Source: Firmicutes bacterium HGW-Firmicutes-3
GTDB lineage: Bacteria; Bacillota; Clostridia; Lachnospirales; Vallitaleaceae
Reading direction: 5' to 3'
Assembly (NCBI GenBank): GCA_002841435.1
Contig: PGZS01000001.1
Span: 5,328 to 69,327, forward strand
DNA: 64,000 nucleotides
Shown here: positions 60,660-64,000 of the stretch, in pieces
Numbering within the stretch: position 1 is the first letter of the stretch
Layout of the letters: each line of letters starts with the position of its first letter
Program-made: the position numbers and the translations under genes
The notes under the pieces: generated by a model
The model's input: the letters and a program-made list of their open reading frames with translations, nothing else
Database searches by the model: none
Told to the model about the DNA's origin: nothing

Positions 60660-61082
60660 ATGTTGGAAATTACCGGAATACACCGAGGTATTGTCATCGA
60701 TCACATTAAGGCCGGTCTTGGCTATAAGATCTTCAAAGAATTAAAATTACAAGAGGTAGCTTATCCAACCGCCCTAATTCGTAATGTCCACTCCAACAAA
60801 CTGGGCAAGAAGGATCTTATAAAAATTGATAACGTCATTGATTTGAACCTTAATGTTCTGGGTTTAATTGATCCTAATTTGACCATTACCATTATAGAAA
60901 ACGGTCTGGTCATTGAAAAGAAGCAGATTAAGTTACCTGAAACGGTCGTCGGTATCCTATCCTGCAAGAACCCTAGGTGCATCACAACCACCGAGCACAA
61001 CGTGGATACCACTTTTCATTTGGTCAATCGTCAAACCAAAGAATACCGATGTGAATTTTGCAATACCCGCGCCAAGTTATAA
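60660..61082 (+). CDS. pyrI: Aspartate carbamoyltransferase regulatory subunit
   Basis: GIVIDHI, GKKDLIKI and the Zn motif CKNPRC...CEFC. ATG 60660 follows GGAGG. Confidence 0.93.
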   Translation: MLEITGIHRGIVIDHIKAGLGYKIFKELKLQEVAYPTALIRNVHSNKLGKKDLIKIDNVIDLNLNVLGLIDPNLTITIIENGLVIEKKQIKLPETVVGILSCKNPRCITTTEHNVDTTFHLVNRQTKEYRCEFCNTRAKL

Positions 61083-61258
61083 ACCTATCACCTAGATTCT
61101 ATGTGTAAAAAAATCCCAATTGCCTTTAAGCAAGCATTTGATAGGTCACTGGTCATTATCGCAAGTCCTTACACTTCAATTAAGCTGACTGTCCAAGATG
61201 TCCTTGATGCTCAATAGAAATTCTCGAGAAATGACTCATGACACTGTAAGGAGAAGAT

Positions 61259-61993
61259 ATGCCACGATTAGATCATTTGCTGCCCAATGTGATTGATGTA
61301 TTTGAAAGTTACCCCTATAAAGTCAATATCAGCCTAAAAGATGGCCTTCTTATTTATGGCAACTCAAAATTTCTAGAAGGCACGCATCCTGAGGTTGCAT
61401 CCCAGCTCATCGGTAACTACAACATCTTAACAGACCCACAACTTGAAAACTGGGGGTTAAAAGAACATGTAGAACTGGCCTTTAAAGGCCAGTTCGTTAA
61501 AACTACCATGATTAAATTTCCTTCAAAAACACTTCCTGATTTACTTTATCGCAAAGAAAGTGCATTTTTGATGATCTATCAAGATATTACATCCTTCCCT
61601 TTGTTGACCGCAGCAGGGGAATGGACACATGTGGTGACCTTGTTTGAACCGTGTATTCAACAAGCACAGCGCTCAGAATTATTGCTGGCCAAACATTACA
61701 TAGAAAACAATTGGCAACAGACTATCACCATCGCTGAAGTGGCAAAAGCCGCTAATTTGAGCGCCTCACGCTTAAATGCCCTTTTTCGTAAAGAGCTCGG
61801 TTTTACCGTGCATGCCTATCAATTAGAGGTTCGCATGAAACATTTATGTGCATTGCTTTTAAACCCTGACATCTCTATTTCTAGCGCTTTTGAACACTGT
61901 GGCTTATCTTACAACAGCCACTATACGACTCAATTCAAAGCCTATTCCGGCCTTAATCCAACGCAATACCGTCAAAGAAACAACGCACGCTAA
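61259..61993 (+). CDS. AraC family regulator with a PAS-like N-terminus
   Basis: C-terminal double HTH (IAEVAKAANLS...FRKELG...FKAYSGLNPTQYR). The N-terminus (FESYPY...DGLLIYGNSKF) resembles a PAS core. Confidence 0.82.
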   Translation: MPRLDHLLPNVIDVFESYPYKVNISLKDGLLIYGNSKFLEGTHPEVASQLIGNYNILTDPQLENWGLKEHVELAFKGQFVKTTMIKFPSKTLPDLLYRKESAFLMIYQDITSFPLLTAAGEWTHVVTLFEPCIQQAQRSELLLAKHYIENNWQQTITIAEVAKAANLSASRLNALFRKELGFTVHAYQLEVRMKHLCALLLNPDISISSAFEHCGLSYNSHYTTQFKAYSGLNPTQYRQRNNAR

Positions 61994-62140
61994 GTTTAAA
62001 TAATAGTCGTTTTCTTACATATTCATAAGCCTTTTCTGACTAGGGGACCCTTTCGTTTAAAAGCTATAATAAGGCGTGGGGTCTTTTTCCCAAAACCGAA
62101 ATTCTTAGTTTAGGTACTAGCATGAAAGGAGCTCTCAAAC

Positions 62141-63217
62141 ATGAAAAAACACTTCAGTTCTAAACAGCAATACAAGCAAATAGTCGGTCTGCTATTAATA
62201 TCATTTTTAATGCTCTCCACGCTCTTTGCAATACCCGTTTTTGCAGATACCACACTACCGCATCCCAATCTCAACACCATCAAAGTCTATGACCTCAACG
62301 CAGCACCCATGCCTGTCGACGACTTACATCCCTATGGCTCAGCGCTACTGACGTTCAAAATCGACAACCTTCCAGGCGACACCGGTGATACCACCTTGGT
62401 TTGGTATGTCAATGTCGAAAAAAAAATCGGCACGAATGATTGGGTAATTGTCTCCAATCTACCGACTGTGGATTTTATGGTCAACAACATCGTCAGTGGT
62501 ACCGCAAATATGTATCAATTTGAGCAACTTTGGATTGAAGACTACGAGTGGGACGGCAGTCGCACAATTAATTACCGCGTCAATGTGATGCTCGACGATA
62601 TCGTCTCAAATCGTGGGGGCAATACTGCCTACAGCAATGTAGCCAGTTTAGGTTTAGTCTCCAGTCCTTGGGCACTTACAGAGTTACAACAAGCCCAAAG
62701 CCTCGGCTTAATCCCCCCTATTCTCAGTGGGGCAGACCTCACGAAGCCCATCACACGTGAGGAATTTTGTGAACTTGCCTTATTACTCTACGAAAAAACA
62801 ATGGACACCACTGCACAAACTGTCAGCCCGAATCCCTTTACTGACACCTCAAATGCTCAAATACTCAAGGCCTTTAAGTTAGGCATTACCAACGGTATGT
62901 CGCCAACCACTTTCGAACCGAAAACCCTCATCAATCGGGAGCAATGTGCTGCTATGCTCTTTAGAACCATTCAGGCGATGAATCCCGATGGCGACTATAA
63001 TATTGGTCATGTCAAAGATTTCCCCGATCAAAAATATATTTCCAGTTGGGCTGTTCAAGGTGCTAAGTACATGGCAGGTCTTGGCATCATTAAAGGCGAC
63101 CCCGATGGTAGCTTCAAACCTAAAGCAATCACACCCGCTCAAACTGCAACCGGTTATGGACTGGCTACCCGTGAAGCCGCTATACTCATGTCTGTAAGAA
63201 CATTTACTCAACCTTAA
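62141..63217 (+). CDS. Secreted S-layer homology (SLH) domain protein
   Basis: Signal peptide ending VFA-D, and SLH repeats (ITREEF, FTD...GITNG...FEP...INREQ, FPD...WA...GIIKG...TREAA). Confidence 0.88.
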   Translation: MKKHFSSKQQYKQIVGLLLISFLMLSTLFAIPVFADTTLPHPNLNTIKVYDLNAAPMPVDDLHPYGSALLTFKIDNLPGDTGDTTLVWYVNVEKKIGTNDWVIVSNLPTVDFMVNNIVSGTANMYQFEQLWIEDYEWDGSRTINYRVNVMLDDIVSNRGGNTAYSNVASLGLVSSPWALTELQQAQSLGLIPPILSGADLTKPITREEFCELALLLYEKTMDTTAQTVSPNPFTDTSNAQILKAFKLGITNGMSPTTFEPKTLINREQCAAMLFRTIQAMNPDGDYNIGHVKDFPDQKYISSWAVQGAKYMAGLGIIKGDPDGSFKPKAITPAQTATGYGLATREAAILMSVRTFTQP

Positions 63218-63342
63218 CAGCGCCGGGGACTGTTCTAACTTTGGCTCTTCCTTTGTAGTCATGCCTAAAACTTTAGATATGAGTAATCGCCATTATCATC
63301 AGAGTCATTCTGATAGAGAATTCGGATATAAGTAGTCCTGCA

Positions 63343-63392
63343 AAAAAAGTGCTGTTAGAAGACATGGATACCTTCTTCTATAAGCACTTTTT
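63343..63392. terminator. Bidirectional terminator hairpin
   Basis: AAAAAAGTGCT...AGAAG / CTTCT...AGCACTTTTTT between convergent genes. Confidence 0.7.
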
Positions 63393-63418
63393 TCCTTTTT
63401 TTACTTAATCGCTTATTA

Positions 63419-64000
63419 TTATGCAAAACTTAAAACTTTACCTAAAAACATCTGTAAGGCTTCTGTTTTCGGATTGGCCAATATGTCTCTACCTTGCTCA
63501 ACCACTTGACCTTCATCCATGAAAATAACATAATCTGCAACGTGTTTTACAAAACCTATTTCATGGGTAACCAATATAACATCTTTCTTCTCATCCACCA
63601 ACTTCTTAATCGCATACAATACTTCCCAAGTTAAAACGGGATCAAGGGATGATGTCGGCTCATCTAGAAGAATGATTTCAGGTTTGATGGCCAAAGCTCT
63701 TGCAATAGAAGCCCTTTGAGATTGACCCCCACTAATTTGATGGGGCAACTTATCCTTGTGTTCTTCTAAACCAAAGTAAGTAAGGAGACTTAGTATTTCA
63801 GATGTGAAGGCTACTCTTTTTTGTCCGTGCACTTTTTCAAGGATCAGACTGATGTTCTCGAAGATTGACAAATGAGAAAAAAGATTATGATCTTGGAATA
63901 CAAAGCCTACTTTCTTCCTATAGTCCCTGATATCTTCACGGCTCATCCAATCATCATTAATGGCAATGTCACCACTTTCAAAAGTTTCAAGACCTGCAAT
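63419..64000 (-). CDS. Polar amino-acid ABC transporter ATP-binding protein (GlnQ-like; N-terminus beyond the window)
   Basis: IAGLETFESGDI at the window edge, VGFVFQDHNLF, ISGGQSQR, LLDEPTSSLDP and VTHEIGF. Confidence 0.88.
   Translation of the reverse strand: MAGLETFESGDIAINDDWMSREDIRDYRKKVGFVFQDHNLFSHLSIFENISLILEKVHGQKRVAFTSEILSLLTYFGLEEHKDKLPHQISGGQSQRASIARALAIKPEIILLDEPTSSLDPVLTWEVLYAIKKLVDEKKDVILVTHEIGFVKHVADYVIFMDEGQVVEQGRDILANPKTEALQMFLGKVLSFA

Noticed and set aside
61101-61217. 38-codon ORF between pyrI and the AraC gene
   Set aside because: No RBS or motif; likely chance.
1-64000. CRISPR arrays, tRNA/rRNA genes, prophage or recognisable anti-phage defence systems
   Set aside because: No regularly spaced repeats, RNA gene signatures or diagnostic protein motifs were seen; the many short antisense ORFs in the track are shadows of real genes.

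Overview
A 64-kb chromosomal segment from an AT-rich, Clostridia-type (Lachnospirales-like) Firmicute; the taxonomy is inferred from gene content and GGAGG-type RBSs. The housekeeping backbone contains cobQ with a cobalamin riboswitch, pfkA-dnaE, a PduO-type adenosyltransferase, galE, a stand-alone trpB, an MCP, a LacI-GH65-ABC-pgmB alpha-glucoside locus, a TetR-ABC-MFP exporter, and pyrBI with a PyrR site. c-di-GMP genes are frequent: three GGDEF genes, one HD-GYP gene and a c-di-GMP-I riboswitch. The main observation is a 17.1-kb segment (14703-31829) that appears to have moved as one transposition unit. It uses one true end of a single IS4-family element and a cryptic second end 15.5 kb beyond the IS, is flanked by a 9-bp duplication (CCCAAACCT), and splits a terminator hairpin. 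Its cargo is a sugar ABC importer, a divergent L-fucose-isomerase-family enzyme, a D-psicose 3-epimerase, a ROK fructokinase and a ROK repressor. These fit an unphosphorylated aldose -> D-allulose -> D-fructose -> F6P route, with D-altrose as the best-fitting (inferred) substrate. Other candidates are a structured ~140-nt RNA with its own consensus promoter (33654-33792) and a c-di-GMP riboswitch -> SARP/BTAD activator -> small protein module. All calls were made by eye from motifs; no database searches were run.
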